Part shown: piece by piece, positions 17,348 to 27,572 of the stretch
Numbering within the stretch: position 1 is the first letter of the stretch
Layout of the letters: the number at the start of each line of letters is the position of its first letter
Source of the DNA: a virus
Reading direction: 5' to 3' (one strand)
DNA length: 64,000 nt
Virus record (IMG/VR): IMGVR_UViG_3300046804_003518
Span: 96,001-160,000 of that record
The notes under the pieces: generated by a model
The model's input: the letters and a program-made list of their open reading frames with translations, nothing else
What the model was told of the DNA's origin: nothing
The model's database searches: none
Translations under genes and position numbers: made by a program

Positions 17348-19726
17348 ATGTTGAACACTAAACTTAACGAGAAGTCTGCGCTTGCGCGACTGCTGGCGAC
17401 CGAGAACTTGTCTGTTCAGTACTCGGCCAAGTATCCAACCGCGTTCTTCGATCTTCAGTCGAGAACGATTCACATTCCGCTAATTCCTAACCTCGATGAA
17501 GACATCCTTGACCTGTTTGAGGGTCACGAGGTTGGCCATGCTCGTGAGACTCCTGCTGAGGGGTTCCATTCTGCAATCAATGATAATGGTGAGATCAACG
17601 ACACGTTGAAGACATATCTCAACGTTGTTGAGGATATCCGTATCGAGCGCAAGATCAAGAACGAATATCCTGGCCTCCGTCGTTCGTTTGCGAATGCGTA
17701 TAAGAAACTTGTCAGCCAGAACTTCTTTGGCGAAGACCTCCAGGCTCGAATCAACTCGATGGACTTCATCGACAAGCTGAATGTCGAAGCGAAGGTTGGT
17801 GCCCATATTCTTGTCGACTTTGACGACAACGAAAAGGCACTACTTGAGGAAGCGTACTCTCTTGAGACTTGGGATGAGGTCGTAGCGTTTGCCAAGAAGC
17901 TGATTGGCGAGCAGGCGAAGAGGAACAAGAAGCAGGAAGAGGGTGCTGCTAAGCCTAACCCTCAGAGCAATCCGCTTGATGGCAAAAAGTCCAAGTCGCC
18001 TGATGGCAAGCCGTCAGATGAGAATAACAGCAACTCTAGCGATAACGAATCCGACGAGGAGCAGGATAGTGATTCCTCTCAGCCGTCTGATGAGGATGAG
18101 AATAAATCAGAAGAGTCTGAAGATCAGGACAATAGTGATTCTGTTGCGCCTTCTCAGACTGACAAGACTTTCCGCGAAAAGGAAAGTCAGATGTTTGCAG
18201 ATGCCAAGAAGAAGGACTCCTACTATAGTCAGGATGGCGCCTCGATTACCATCGGCAAGTATAACCTCAACGAATATATCCTTCCTGCAAGTAAGCTGAG
18301 TCCTCTTGTTGATCTTGGTGCTCGAACAATGTTTGAGCACTACATCCAGAATTCTGGCAGCCACGTGAGTTCCTACCTAGGTATTCCGTTTAGTTCTTAC
18401 GATCAGTTCGTCAACTCTATGTTGACTGAATTCCGTAACGCCAACTTGGCGTATATCAACTTCCTGATCAAGGAATTTGAGATGCGTAAGAATGCTCGTA
18501 TGCTGAATCGGGGTAAGATATCAAAGACTGGTAAGATTGATGTTGCCCGCCTTCATAAGTATCGTCTTTCGGATGATATCTTCAAGCGTGTAATGAGTTT
18601 CCCGGAGGGTAAGAACCACGGAATGATCATGTACATGGACCTTTCTGGTTCTATGGCAAGCGTGATTAGTGGTGTGTTCAACCAAGTTCTTATTCTCTCT
18701 GAGTTCTGTAAGAAGGTTAACATTCCGTTCCGTGTTTACGGATTCACTGATAGCGACATCTCTATGGCGTTTGCTCGCGAGCATATTGATCCTCAATTTG
18801 GTCATCAGCGTAGTGATGCTAAGCCGCATACGTTTCAGATGCAGCATAACTTCCATCTCAAGGAATATATCTCTAGCGAACTCAACACTCGCGACTATAA
18901 GACTGCGTTCAATAACATCTTAATGATGAAAATGTACTTTGAGGCGTATTATAGTGTCCACCGTCGAAATGCTCCAAACGAAGCAGAACAGGCTCGAAAT
19001 AATCAAGTCTACTATAGCATCGATCTCAAGAAGGTTGGTGAGCAGCTTTCATCTACGCCGTTGAATGAGGCTGTTGTCCTTTCCCAGCAAATTAGCAATG
19101 AGTTTGTTGCAAAGTATAACATCGAGAATATGGTTAACATCTTCTTGACAGATGGTGAGGCCGATGGTACGAATGCAATTCGATATAATGGTGAGCGTGG
19201 CCAGTATGGCATGCGTGATGGTTATGTCCACCGTGATTGTAAGACGCAGAGCATGATTACCCATCATAGTGGTGTTCGGTATATCATTAAGCCGAACGAA
19301 TGTAAGGTTGGGTTTTCAACATACCATCTCCTCAAGATGGCTCGTAAGATTACTGGTGCTCGTTACATTGGTTACTACCTCGCTGATAACTCATCGTTCC
19401 TCTACAATGCTGCTTCGCATGATGTGGCAGTCGACCGTTCACTTGATTGGAAGATGCATCATAGCAACTTGAAGTCGAAGTACCGGAAGGATAAGTTCTT
19501 ACACTCGACGACTTATGGTTACAACGACTACTTCTACATCTCGAGCACTGGCACAATCAATGATGACGAAGATGATGAAGAGTGGTTTGATACGTTGAAC
19601 AAGCGTTACAATGGTAATGTGACAAAGAACAATCTCTCGAAGGCATTCATCGATAAGCAGACTAAGAAGCAGCTGAACCGAATCCTTCTTGTTCACTTTG
19701 GTAAGGCGCTTGCTGAGGCAGCGTAA
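17348..19726 (+). CDS. CobT-like protein: N-terminal HExxH domain, acidic linker, C-terminal vWA (MIDAS) domain
   Basis: GHEVGH, NVVEDIRIE, D/E/S-rich linker, DLSGSM and FLTDGE MIDAS motifs. Confidence 0.8.
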   Translation: MLNTKLNEKSALARLLATENLSVQYSAKYPTAFFDLQSRTIHIPLIPNLDEDILDLFEGHEVGHARETPAEGFHSAINDNGEINDTLKTYLNVVEDIRIERKIKNEYPGLRRSFANAYKKLVSQNFFGEDLQARINSMDFIDKLNVEAKVGAHILVDFDDNEKALLEEAYSLETWDEVVAFAKKLIGEQAKRNKKQEEGAAKPNPQSNPLDGKKSKSPDGKPSDENNSNSSDNESDEEQDSDSSQPSDEDENKSEESEDQDNSDSVAPSQTDKTFREKESQMFADAKKKDSYYSQDGASITIGKYNLNEYILPASKLSPLVDLGARTMFEHYIQNSGSHVSSYLGIPFSSYDQFVNSMLTEFRNANLAYINFLIKEFEMRKNARMLNRGKISKTGKIDVARLHKYRLSDDIFKRVMSFPEGKNHGMIMYMDLSGSMASVISGVFNQVLILSEFCKKVNIPFRVYGFTDSDISMAFAREHIDPQFGHQRSDAKPHTFQMQHNFHLKEYISSELNTRDYKTAFNNILMMKMYFEAYYSVHRRNAPNEAEQARNNQVYYSIDLKKVGEQLSSTPLNEAVVLSQQISNEFVAKYNIENMVNIFLTDGEADGTNAIRYNGERGQYGMRDGYVHRDCKTQSMITHHSGVRYIIKPNECKVGFSTYHLLKMARKITGARYIGYYLADNSSFLYNAASHDVAVDRSLDWKMHHSNLKSKYRKDKFLHSTTYGYNDYFYISSTGTINDDEDDEEWFDTLNKRYNGNVTKNNLSKAFIDKQTKKQLNRILLVHFGKALAEAA

Positions 19727-19834
19727 CCTGCTGATTTCTAACGAATTGTAACTTATTGATTTATAACGCTTTTACCAATATGTGTAAAATTGCTGTGAAA
19801 TCCTGTTGCCTTGACCCGTTGTTTATTGGATAAT
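19723..19834 (+). promoter_or_regulatory. Two operator-like motifs plus sigma70-type promoter
   Basis: GTAACCTGCTGATT (19723), GTAACTTATTGATT (19748); TTGCCT-N17-GATAAT. Confidence 0.65.
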
Positions 19835-19864
19835 GTTCCTACCGTAGAAAGAGGTATTTTTGTT

Positions 19865-21118
19865 ATGTCGAAGACTGGATTTTATGACGCTAACGCCAAG
19901 CGTCAGTTTGTAAATGACCTGACCACTCGGTTTGGTCAGTTCGTAACGCGCTCTCAAGTTCTTGAGCTTGCTAGCGAAAAGGGATTCCCCATCCCATATT
20001 GGTTCCTGAACGATAAGGGCCGCAATATCGGTCGTGGCGCCTACACCACTGGTGCTCCCACTATCAAGCCTGCTAAGGCTGCTCGTTTGGGTCCTGTTAA
20101 CCTTGACCCATCGATGTTCGCTAACACCCAGGTTGAGCCTGATGCAGCTGTTGCTATGGTTGCAACTGTCACTCCGATCAACCGTAAGCAGAACGTCTCA
20201 GCTATCGTTGAGAACCTCATCCCATCGAAGGATGCAACGTACGTTGAGTTTGGTCCGTTCGCTCGTATTGCTAAGATCATCGAGTCAAAGATCTTCTATC
20301 CTGTGTTCATTACTGGCTTGTCTGGTAACGGTAAGACTCTATCGATCGAGCAGGCTTGTGCCAAGCTCAAGCGTGAGTGTATTCGTGTCAACATCACGGA
20401 AGAGACTGACGAGGATGACCTTGTTGGTGGTAACACTCTTGTCGATGGATCTATTGTCTATCGTGAAGGTCCTGTCCTAACTGCGATGCGTCGTGGTGCC
20501 GTTTTGATCTTGGACGAAGTTGACCTTAACGCAACGAAGATTATGTGCTTGCAGTCGATCATGGAAGGCAAGCCATACCACATCAAGAAGACTGGTGAGA
20601 AGGTCTTCCCTGCTGTCGGCTTTAATATCTTCGCTACTGCTAACACTAAGGGTAAGGGTAGCGATGATGGTCGGTTCATCGGCACTAAGGTAATGAACGA
20701 GGCGTTCCTCGAGCGCTTCCCAATTACGTTTGAGCAGGACTATCCGCCTGAGAAGGTTGAGCTGAAGATCCTCAACCGTAACATGGATAAGTTCAATTGC
20801 ATGGACGAGAGGTTCGCCGAGAACCTTGTCAAGTGGGCTGGCGTAATCCGTAAGTCGTTTGCTGACGGTGCTACGAACGAAGTTATCTCTACTCGACGAC
20901 TTGTTCATATCGTTAGCGCGTTTGCGATCTTCCGCAATCGTCTCGAGGCTGTTGAGCTTTGCTTGAACCGATTCGATCATGAGACTAAGGTCTCGTTCCT
21001 TGACCTCTACACTAAAGTTGACGCTGAGGTTTCTAAGCAGCCTGAGGTCAACCCCAACACCTTTAACGACCCGACGACTTTGGCAAACAATCCTGTTGAT
21101 GCCGATATCCCGTTCTAA
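19865..21118 (+). CDS. CobS/MoxR-like AAA+ ATPase
   Basis: GAGGT RBS; GLSGNGKT, LILDEVD, ATANTKG, AFLERF, ISTRRL. Confidence 0.88.
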   Translation: MSKTGFYDANAKRQFVNDLTTRFGQFVTRSQVLELASEKGFPIPYWFLNDKGRNIGRGAYTTGAPTIKPAKAARLGPVNLDPSMFANTQVEPDAAVAMVATVTPINRKQNVSAIVENLIPSKDATYVEFGPFARIAKIIESKIFYPVFITGLSGNGKTLSIEQACAKLKRECIRVNITEETDEDDLVGGNTLVDGSIVYREGPVLTAMRRGAVLILDEVDLNATKIMCLQSIMEGKPYHIKKTGEKVFPAVGFNIFATANTKGKGSDDGRFIGTKVMNEAFLERFPITFEQDYPPEKVELKILNRNMDKFNCMDERFAENLVKWAGVIRKSFADGATNEVISTRRLVHIVSAFAIFRNRLEAVELCLNRFDHETKVSFLDLYTKVDAEVSKQPEVNPNTFNDPTTLANNPVDADIPF

Positions 21119-21131
21119 TTAGGAGACAACA

Positions 21132-21254
21132 ATGTTAGCTGAATTTGGTAATTTGTTCTTTTTGAGTTTTGGTTTTATCGTTGGTTGGACATCTTGTACT
21201 CTCTGGCACTTCTATCTTGAGTGCCGTGAGGATTGGAGGAAGGACAATGAGTAA
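21132..21254 (+). CDS. Small hydrophobic hypothetical protein (40 aa, below ORF-track cutoff)
   Basis: AGGAG RBS; MLAEFGNLFFLSFGFIVGW... Confidence 0.5.
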   Translation: MLAEFGNLFFLSFGFIVGWTSCTLWHFYLECREDWRKDNE

Positions 21255-21435
21255 CACCGTAGAGAAGTTGGATTGTCAGGACCAGGTGTTCGCGTTTCTT
21301 GACATGCTCCGTGATTCTGGTAAGGTCAATATGTTTGGCGCTGGCCCCTATATCCAGGAAGCGTTTGAGTTTAGTAGGGCACAGGCTAAAGAGTATGTCC
21401 TTGCCTGGATGAGGAGTCACAGCGATGTTCACTAA
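21247..21435 (+). CDS. Hypothetical protein
   Basis: GGAGG RBS; FLDMLRDSGKVNMFGAGPYI. Confidence 0.7.
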   Translation: MSNTVEKLDCQDQVFAFLDMLRDSGKVNMFGAGPYIQEAFEFSRAQAKEYVLAWMRSHSDVH

Positions 21436-21682
21436 GGCTAACATCATAGAAAGCCTAAAGGCGAACGTAGCAGAAGTTAGATTCACAAAGTCAGATGGTA
21501 CAGTGAGAATTATGAAGTGTACACTTCGCGAAGACCTCGTTGTACCGTATGTTAAAAAGACCGATAGAGTAAAGGAGGCAAATACCGACGTCGTACCAGT
21601 CTTCGATGTTGAAAAGAATGAGTGGCGCTCATTCAAGGTAGACTCTGTACAATCTATCAGTCTTTACGGCGATCAGGAATGA
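21425..21682 (+). CDS. WYL_2/SH3-like small protein (DUF2693-like)
   Basis: VRFTKSDGTVRIMKCTL...VFDVEKNEWRSFK. Confidence 0.7.
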   Translation: MFTKANIIESLKANVAEVRFTKSDGTVRIMKCTLREDLVVPYVKKTDRVKEANTDVVPVFDVEKNEWRSFKVDSVQSISLYGDQE

Positions 21683-21695
21683 TCGCCGTTTTTTT
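21666..21695 (+). terminator. Rho-independent terminator
   Basis: ACGGCGATCA-GGAA-TGATCGCCGT followed by a T-run. Confidence 0.85.
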
Positions 21696-21710
21696 ATTTG
21701 GAGTACTAAG

Positions 21711-21926
21711 ATGGAATACAAAGACTTAACTGAAGAAGAAATGGATAAATATGAGTCTGCGCTTGTTGCCATTGAGGATAAAATCCGTATAATACGCAGC
21801 CTAGGTCTCGAGAAGCAATTACTCAAGGACCTCAACCAAGATATCCCTCTTGAACTAAACATACTAATCGCTACTGCAGTGAGGATGAACATTGGACGAG
21901 AACAACTACGTAACTTCTACTGGTAA
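21711..21926 (+). CDS. Hypothetical protein
   Basis: GGAG RBS; ORF track. Confidence 0.6.
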   Translation: MEYKDLTEEEMDKYESALVAIEDKIRIIRSLGLEKQLLKDLNQDIPLELNILIATAVRMNIGREQLRNFYW

Positions 21927-22878
21927 GAATGGAATCACAGCTACTATTATTCAAGATTCCACTTGCTATAGAACAGGAACAAGAATAACAACATTTGAGC
22001 TAGAGTACCCAAGATTCATTCATAGTGAGTTTATGACTCACCGTATGCTCTCCAGGAACGCTGCTTCCTCGAGGGCAATTCCTGTTTCCAAGTTGATTAA
22101 GTTGGTAGAAACAAAGCCAGCAAGACCAATTGAATGGGGTAAGAATATTAAAGGAATGCAGGCTAAGGAACAACTTGATTGGCCAGAGTTGTTACAGGCT
22201 ACTACGCTTTGGGACAATACTGCTAGAGCTACATGCGCTGCTGCCAGGAAGTTTGATGATCTCAAACTCCACAAACAGATTTCAAATAGAATTCTTGAGC
22301 CTTATCAAATGATCAAGGTAGTATGTACTGCCACAACATATGATAACTTCTTCCACCTCCGTAAGCATCCTGATGCTCAACCTGAGATCAGAGAACTGGC
22401 TACTGTAATGTGGAAAGCTCTAAACCAAAGCCGTCCCCTTTCTGTTGGACCAGGCGAATGGCATGTACCATACATTCACCGTGAGGATACAGAACTAGGG
22501 CTTCAGTACTACATCTGGGAAGAACAAGACAACCTAGAGAAGCAGCTCATAAAGACATACTTAACAGCTGAGCAAGCAATTATGATTTCAGCCTCTTGTT
22601 GTGCTCAGGTTTCCTATAGAATTCTAAACACGGATATTGAAAAGGCAAGAGATATCTTCCAGCGTCTAGTTGAATCTAAACCTGTTCATGCCTCACCTTT
22701 AGAACACCAGGCAACACCAATGAGCAATTTAACTAATAGTTGTAACAGTTGTGATAGTTGGGAGAAGGGTGTTACGCATTCTGATAGAAAAGGCCGTACT
22801 TGGTCTGGTAACTTTCTTTACTGGATTCAGCATCGCCAACTAATCAATGATCATGTTGTTTGGGAATATGAGGAATAG
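21892..22878 (+). CDS. thyX: Flavin-dependent thymidylate synthase-like protein (ThyX/Thy1)
   Basis: FMTHRMLSRNAASSRAIP (RHRxxS-like), HKQISNRILEP, HPDAQPEI, HASPLEH. Confidence 0.75.
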   Translation: MDENNYVTSTGKNGITATIIQDSTCYRTGTRITTFELEYPRFIHSEFMTHRMLSRNAASSRAIPVSKLIKLVETKPARPIEWGKNIKGMQAKEQLDWPELLQATTLWDNTARATCAAARKFDDLKLHKQISNRILEPYQMIKVVCTATTYDNFFHLRKHPDAQPEIRELATVMWKALNQSRPLSVGPGEWHVPYIHREDTELGLQYYIWEEQDNLEKQLIKTYLTAEQAIMISASCCAQVSYRILNTDIEKARDIFQRLVESKPVHASPLEHQATPMSNLTNSCNSCDSWEKGVTHSDRKGRTWSGNFLYWIQHRQLINDHVVWEYEE

Positions 22879-22881
22879 TGT

Positions 22882-23067
22882 ATGCGACTTAGTAATGTTA
22901 TTGAAATGAGTTTGATTGAAGCGGAGAATGAAGGCCTTACAAAACACGAAGCAATTGAATATGCAGCAAGAGCAAACAGCGTAAGTGTTGACGTTGTTCG
23001 AGATGTATATGAAAATCTTATATGCCTTCAGAACAAAATTGCAGATAGGTTAGGTATTAGATTATGA
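22882..23067 (+). CDS. Hypothetical protein
   Basis: GAGG RBS; ORF track. Confidence 0.6.
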   Translation: MRLSNVIEMSLIEAENEGLTKHEAIEYAARANSVSVDVVRDVYENLICLQNKIADRLGIRL

Positions 23068-24083
23068 TTCAAGATGATCCCAAGTTAGACTATAGTGATG
23101 TTCTAATCGTTCCGAAGTTTTCTGATATTGATAGTAGGTCCAAGGTAGTAGTAGACTATAATCCTATCATTGCATCTAACATGGATGGTGTTGGCACATT
23201 CTCTATGGCAAGGGCCATGTACTTACATGGCGCCCACACTGCTATCGTCAAGCACTACACTCTTGACCAGTGGATTCAATTCATTAACGAATGCCTGAAT
23301 GAGGATCACGTTGGCCCTCTTGAGCATTCCTATATCTCTACTGGTATTAGTAAGGATGACTATAACCTAACAACCTCTATCATTAAAGAGATTAAGCAAC
23401 GAACTGGCCTTGTAGCTAATATTTGTGTTGATGTTGCTAACGGCTATATGGAACAGTTCTATGACTTTGTTGCTAGGCTAAGGGATGTGAATCCATATAG
23501 TACAATTATGGCTGGTAGCGTTGTTACACCAAAGGCCGTAACAAGACTAGAGCAAGCTGGTGCCAACTTAATTAAAGTTGGTATTGGTTCTGGCGCCGTC
23601 TGTACAACTCGTATTAAGACAGGTATTGGGTATCCTCAGCTGAGTGCTGTTATGGAGTGTGCCGAGGCTTGTGTTAAGTCTGATATTGTTGCTGATGGTG
23701 GTATCACAAACCCAGGCGATGTCTGTAAGGCAATTGGTGCTGGCGCTAAGTATGTCAAACTTGGTTCTATGCTAGCAGGACACGATGAAGGTGAGCAGCC
23801 TATCATTAATAACAAAGTTGTCTTCTATGGTATGAGTTCTAGAACAGCTCAGGTTAAGCATAAGGGTGAGCTTGCTGCCTATAGATCTTCTGAAGGTAGA
23901 ACTGTTTCTATTCCATATAAGGGTCCTGTGAAGAACACAATACTTGATATCCTTGGTGGTATTAGATCGTGTTGTGCTTATGTTGGAGCTGATAGAGTAT
24001 CTAAGCTCAGTATGCATACAGAGTTTATTAGGGTCAATAACCAGTACAATAGGTCAATGGAACCACACACAGTATCACTCTAA
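23064..24083 (+). CDS. guaC: GMP reductase
   Basis: KLDYSDVLI, IIASNMDGVGTF, DVANGY, KVGIGSGAVCTTR..TGIGYPQLSAVMEC, ADGG, FYGMSS, YRSSEG. Confidence 0.9.
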   Translation: MIQDDPKLDYSDVLIVPKFSDIDSRSKVVVDYNPIIASNMDGVGTFSMARAMYLHGAHTAIVKHYTLDQWIQFINECLNEDHVGPLEHSYISTGISKDDYNLTTSIIKEIKQRTGLVANICVDVANGYMEQFYDFVARLRDVNPYSTIMAGSVVTPKAVTRLEQAGANLIKVGIGSGAVCTTRIKTGIGYPQLSAVMECAEACVKSDIVADGGITNPGDVCKAIGAGAKYVKLGSMLAGHDEGEQPIINNKVVFYGMSSRTAQVKHKGELAAYRSSEGRTVSIPYKGPVKNTILDILGGIRSCCAYVGADRVSKLSMHTEFIRVNNQYNRSMEPHTVSL

Positions 24084-24085
24084 AC

Positions 24086-24108
24086 AAAGCCCCCGAAAGG
24101 GGGTTTTG
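24086..24108 (+). terminator. Rho-independent terminator
   Basis: C-run / GAAA loop / G-run hairpin followed by TTTT. Confidence 0.7.
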
Positions 24109-24139
24109 CATATATAAAGTATTATAATTGGGGAACTAT

Positions 24140-25057
24140 ATGGCTAATCTTAGCGCCAAAGAGATCAGAAAGTATGATTACAGACCTGAAGTCTTTATTA
24201 AAAAGATAAAGGAAAAGTCTCCTTTTGAAATCACTGGTGGCAAGAAAGTTACATTGATTGCTCCAAAAAATTATGAGAAGATTCTGAGATCTGGGACTGC
24301 AGTTCAGCTTAATGAACTACGCTTTGCATCAACGTCTGGAACAGCGTATAAGTTATCTGACTTTGTAAAGACACCTGAGTTTGGTGGCAAGGGAGAAGGA
24401 GCATCTACAGCAAAAGAAGATGCTGCTTTAATGTCCCTAAGAGATCAAATTAAGTCTGCAAAGAAGAAAGAAGGGTCAGCAACTATAAATATAAGAGTAG
24501 GAACTACAACATATGAAGTTGCAGATGCTGCTTCTACACCTGGAACTCCAAAGTCGGATTTCCATTTACTTGATGCTAATGGAAAAGAGATAGTTTGGAT
24601 ATCCCATAAAGATGGAAGCACCGAAAGGGACTTTCAACAATGGGGCGGTATGTCGGAGTCTAAAGAGCCAAAGATATACAGCCATCCTGAGTCTCAACAA
24701 TTTATTAAGGATATGTTGAAGCTGTATCCTAAAGGTCTTCCCAATGCAACAACTGTTGCTAGGAAGATTAAAAATTTCCAGTTAAAAAATATGGCTGTAT
24801 ATGGAAATGAGTTTGGTGGTGAATATAGTAGACAAAATGTGACACTAATGCTTCAAGGTTCAGTTAAGCTAAGTAAGAATGGTAATGTGTATAAGATAAC
24901 AGCAACACATACACATGATAATGGCGAAACAATGAAGGGTGGTTATGAACCAGTGTTCATGGCAATCTATAAAGGTGACAGAAGCGACTTTGGTATCAAG
25001 GGAACAAGAGTCGTTATTGCACCTTACGGATGTAGAAAAATAAAAGGAATGGTTTAA
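24140..25057 (+). CDS. Hypothetical protein, possible PD-(D/E)xK restriction-like fold
   Basis: TPKSDFHL...VWISHKDG...FQQWGG resembles a D...S/E-x-K nuclease core. Confidence 0.5.
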   Translation: MANLSAKEIRKYDYRPEVFIKKIKEKSPFEITGGKKVTLIAPKNYEKILRSGTAVQLNELRFASTSGTAYKLSDFVKTPEFGGKGEGASTAKEDAALMSLRDQIKSAKKKEGSATINIRVGTTTYEVADAASTPGTPKSDFHLLDANGKEIVWISHKDGSTERDFQQWGGMSESKEPKIYSHPESQQFIKDMLKLYPKGLPNATTVARKIKNFQLKNMAVYGNEFGGEYSRQNVTLMLQGSVKLSKNGNVYKITATHTHDNGETMKGGYEPVFMAIYKGDRSDFGIKGTRVVIAPYGCRKIKGMV

Positions 25058-26259
25058 TGAGCTTTATTCAGTACCTAAAAGAAACAGTAGATGATGAAAG
25101 TAAGCTAATCCACCTAAAGCATGTGGGTGAGCATGCTATTGATTCTGGTACCGAAGGTTTCAAGCACGCATTCCACACTCTACAAGATGTCCATGATGCT
25201 ATTCATGGCTCAGCCACATCGCCAACTAAGACAACAATTAAGTATGATGGCTCACCATCCGTAATCTTTGGCCATCATCCAAAGACTGGTAAGTTCTTTG
25301 TTGCGTCAAAGTCTGCCTTTAATAAAGAACCAAAGATCAATTACTCACATGAAGATATTGAGAAGAACCATGGCCATGCACCTGGCTTGGTTGAGAAGCT
25401 AAAGGCTGCGTTTACACATCTTCAAAAGACTGCTCCAAAGAAGGGTGTGTTCCAAGGCGATATCATGTACACCAAAGAGCATGGCTGGAATGCAGCTGGC
25501 TCAAATGATGTTAAGGACCACGGTGGCAAGTATCACTTTACACCTAATACTATTACATATTCTCAAGACAAGAATTCTAAGGAAGGCAAGAAGATTGCCA
25601 AGGCTAAAATTGGCGTCGCAGTCCACACAAAGTATGAAGGGGATGATCTAGAGAACATGAAAGCTCATTATGGCTTTAATGTCCATGATGAGGATAGTGG
25701 GTTTAAGCATCACCCAGATGTCCATCTGCTACCTACCCATGTAGTCCACCCAGCACAACCTCCTAAGTCTACTAAGTTCCAGCATCACATGAAGAAGGCT
25801 GTAGAAGAGTTTGAAGGGGCTACAGAAGAGACTCATAATGCTATTGCAGGCCATAGAGTTAACCTAAAGACATATATCAATAGCACAGTTAGAACTGGTG
25901 CCAAGAGATCAATTAGCGGTTACCTAGCATGGCTGAGAGCCAAACACCAGGGCGAAGTTGAGAAGCTAAAGTCACCAGCTGGTAAGGCAAAAAGACAGCA
26001 AGCCATGGATGAAGACCTAGCCCATGTTCAAAAGAACAAGCACCATTTCCAGCGTATTCTAAATATCCATGACCATCTAGAAAATGCAAAAGATGAATTG
26101 GTCCACCATCTTTCGGCTTTGGAGCACCATGGATATGAGCATTCAATCCACGGTAAGCCTTCAAAACCAGAAGGGTTTGTGGCAATCAGAAACAATAGAC
26201 CAACTAAGCTAGTCCATAGAGCAGACTTCTCGAGGGCTAACTTCTTAAAGGTTCGCTAA
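25057..26259 (+). CDS. T4-like phage hypothetical protein with a ligase-like KxDG motif
   Basis: HLKHVGE, TIKYDGSPSVIFG, FFVASKSAFNK, VFQGDIMY, PEGFV, TKLVHRADFSRANF. Confidence 0.7.
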   Translation: MSFIQYLKETVDDESKLIHLKHVGEHAIDSGTEGFKHAFHTLQDVHDAIHGSATSPTKTTIKYDGSPSVIFGHHPKTGKFFVASKSAFNKEPKINYSHEDIEKNHGHAPGLVEKLKAAFTHLQKTAPKKGVFQGDIMYTKEHGWNAAGSNDVKDHGGKYHFTPNTITYSQDKNSKEGKKIAKAKIGVAVHTKYEGDDLENMKAHYGFNVHDEDSGFKHHPDVHLLPTHVVHPAQPPKSTKFQHHMKKAVEEFEGATEETHNAIAGHRVNLKTYINSTVRTGAKRSISGYLAWLRAKHQGEVEKLKSPAGKAKRQQAMDEDLAHVQKNKHHFQRILNIHDHLENAKDELVHHLSALEHHGYEHSIHGKPSKPEGFVAIRNNRPTKLVHRADFSRANFLKVR

Positions 26260-27564
26260 ATGGCTCAGTTTAGAAAAGACAGACACGAATACTTACCGGA
26301 TGGCAAGACACTATTTGAAGTAGTGATGCTTGCTGACCAGTATGGCAATCGTATCGGTCCAGCCAACCCATCAGGCGTAGCAGTAGATGCTTTTGGTAGA
26401 GCAAGAGGCTCCCAGCCAGTAACACTATTTGATTCCTTTAACCGCTACGAAGATAACGGTAAGTTCTCCACAGCCAACACTGCCACGGCAACCTATTCTT
26501 ATAGTGCTAACGCTGCTACAATGTCGTTGACTGTGGATACAACATCTGGCGCTAAAGTCCAAAGAGAAACAACAAGAGTGTTTGCCTACCAGCCTGGTAA
26601 GAGCCTGCTGATAATGAATACGTTTGTAATGAATGCTCCTCAAGCAAACCTAGCTCAGAGAATTGGATACTTCAATAATCAGAATGGTGTGTTCTTAGAG
26701 CAAACTGGTACAACAATTAGATTTGGCATCAGATCATATGTTGACGGTACTGTCCAACATGAGTATGCCAACCAGGCTAGCTGGAATATTGATACACTAC
26801 TTGGAGCAGTACCAACATCTCCTTCTCAGACAACATTAGACCTAACAAAGGCTCAGATCTTTTGGTGCGATATCGAGTGGCTAGGTGTTGGTTCGGTAAG
26901 ATGTGGATTTGTAATCAATGGGCAGTTGATTCATTGCCACACATTCCACCATGCTAATGTCAATACCGGCACCTATATGACAACAGCATGTCTTCCAGTA
27001 AGATATGAAATTGAAAATTTAGGTACTACAGCTGCTTCTGCCACACTGAAGCAAATATGCTCGACAGTTATATCAGAAGGTGGCTATGAAGTTATTGGGG
27101 ATCCTAAATCTTACGGACAAGAGCCAACAACACAAAGAGAACTCGCCTCTGCTGGAACTTATTACCCTGTTGTTTCTCTAAGATTGAAGTCAGATAAGCT
27201 AGATGGGATTGCTGTACCAAAAGAAATTTCAATTGCTGCACTAAACCAGGCACTCTATAAATATAAACTAGTAGTTGGAGCAACAATTACTGGTGCAAGT
27301 TGGACATCTGCCGGTAGCGACTCATGTGTAGAATATGACGCCAATAACTCATCTACAATGGCAGGTGGTACAACATTAAAATCTGGTTTGTATAATTCAA
27401 CAAACCAGTCAGCTGCTGGTGTGACATTGGATGGGGATATGTTTAAGTTTCAGTTGGAAAGAAACGGGTTAACAAGTACGCCAACGATACTGACACTTGC
27501 AATGACATCTAGAACGGCAACGAGTAATGTTGTAGCAGCCATAGATTGGCAAGAGTTTACGTAA
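26260..27564 (+). CDS. Probable virion structural protein (beta-rich)
   Basis: VDAFGR...TLFDS, YQPGKS, DIEWLGVGSVR, CLPVRYEI; located in late block. Confidence 0.6.
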   Translation: MAQFRKDRHEYLPDGKTLFEVVMLADQYGNRIGPANPSGVAVDAFGRARGSQPVTLFDSFNRYEDNGKFSTANTATATYSYSANAATMSLTVDTTSGAKVQRETTRVFAYQPGKSLLIMNTFVMNAPQANLAQRIGYFNNQNGVFLEQTGTTIRFGIRSYVDGTVQHEYANQASWNIDTLLGAVPTSPSQTTLDLTKAQIFWCDIEWLGVGSVRCGFVINGQLIHCHTFHHANVNTGTYMTTACLPVRYEIENLGTTAASATLKQICSTVISEGGYEVIGDPKSYGQEPTTQRELASAGTYYPVVSLRLKSDKLDGIAVPKEISIAALNQALYKYKLVVGATITGASWTSAGSDSCVEYDANNSSTMAGGTTLKSGLYNSTNQSAAGVTLDGDMFKFQLERNGLTSTPTILTLAMTSRTATSNVVAAIDWQEFT

Positions 27565-27572
27565 GGGGCTAT

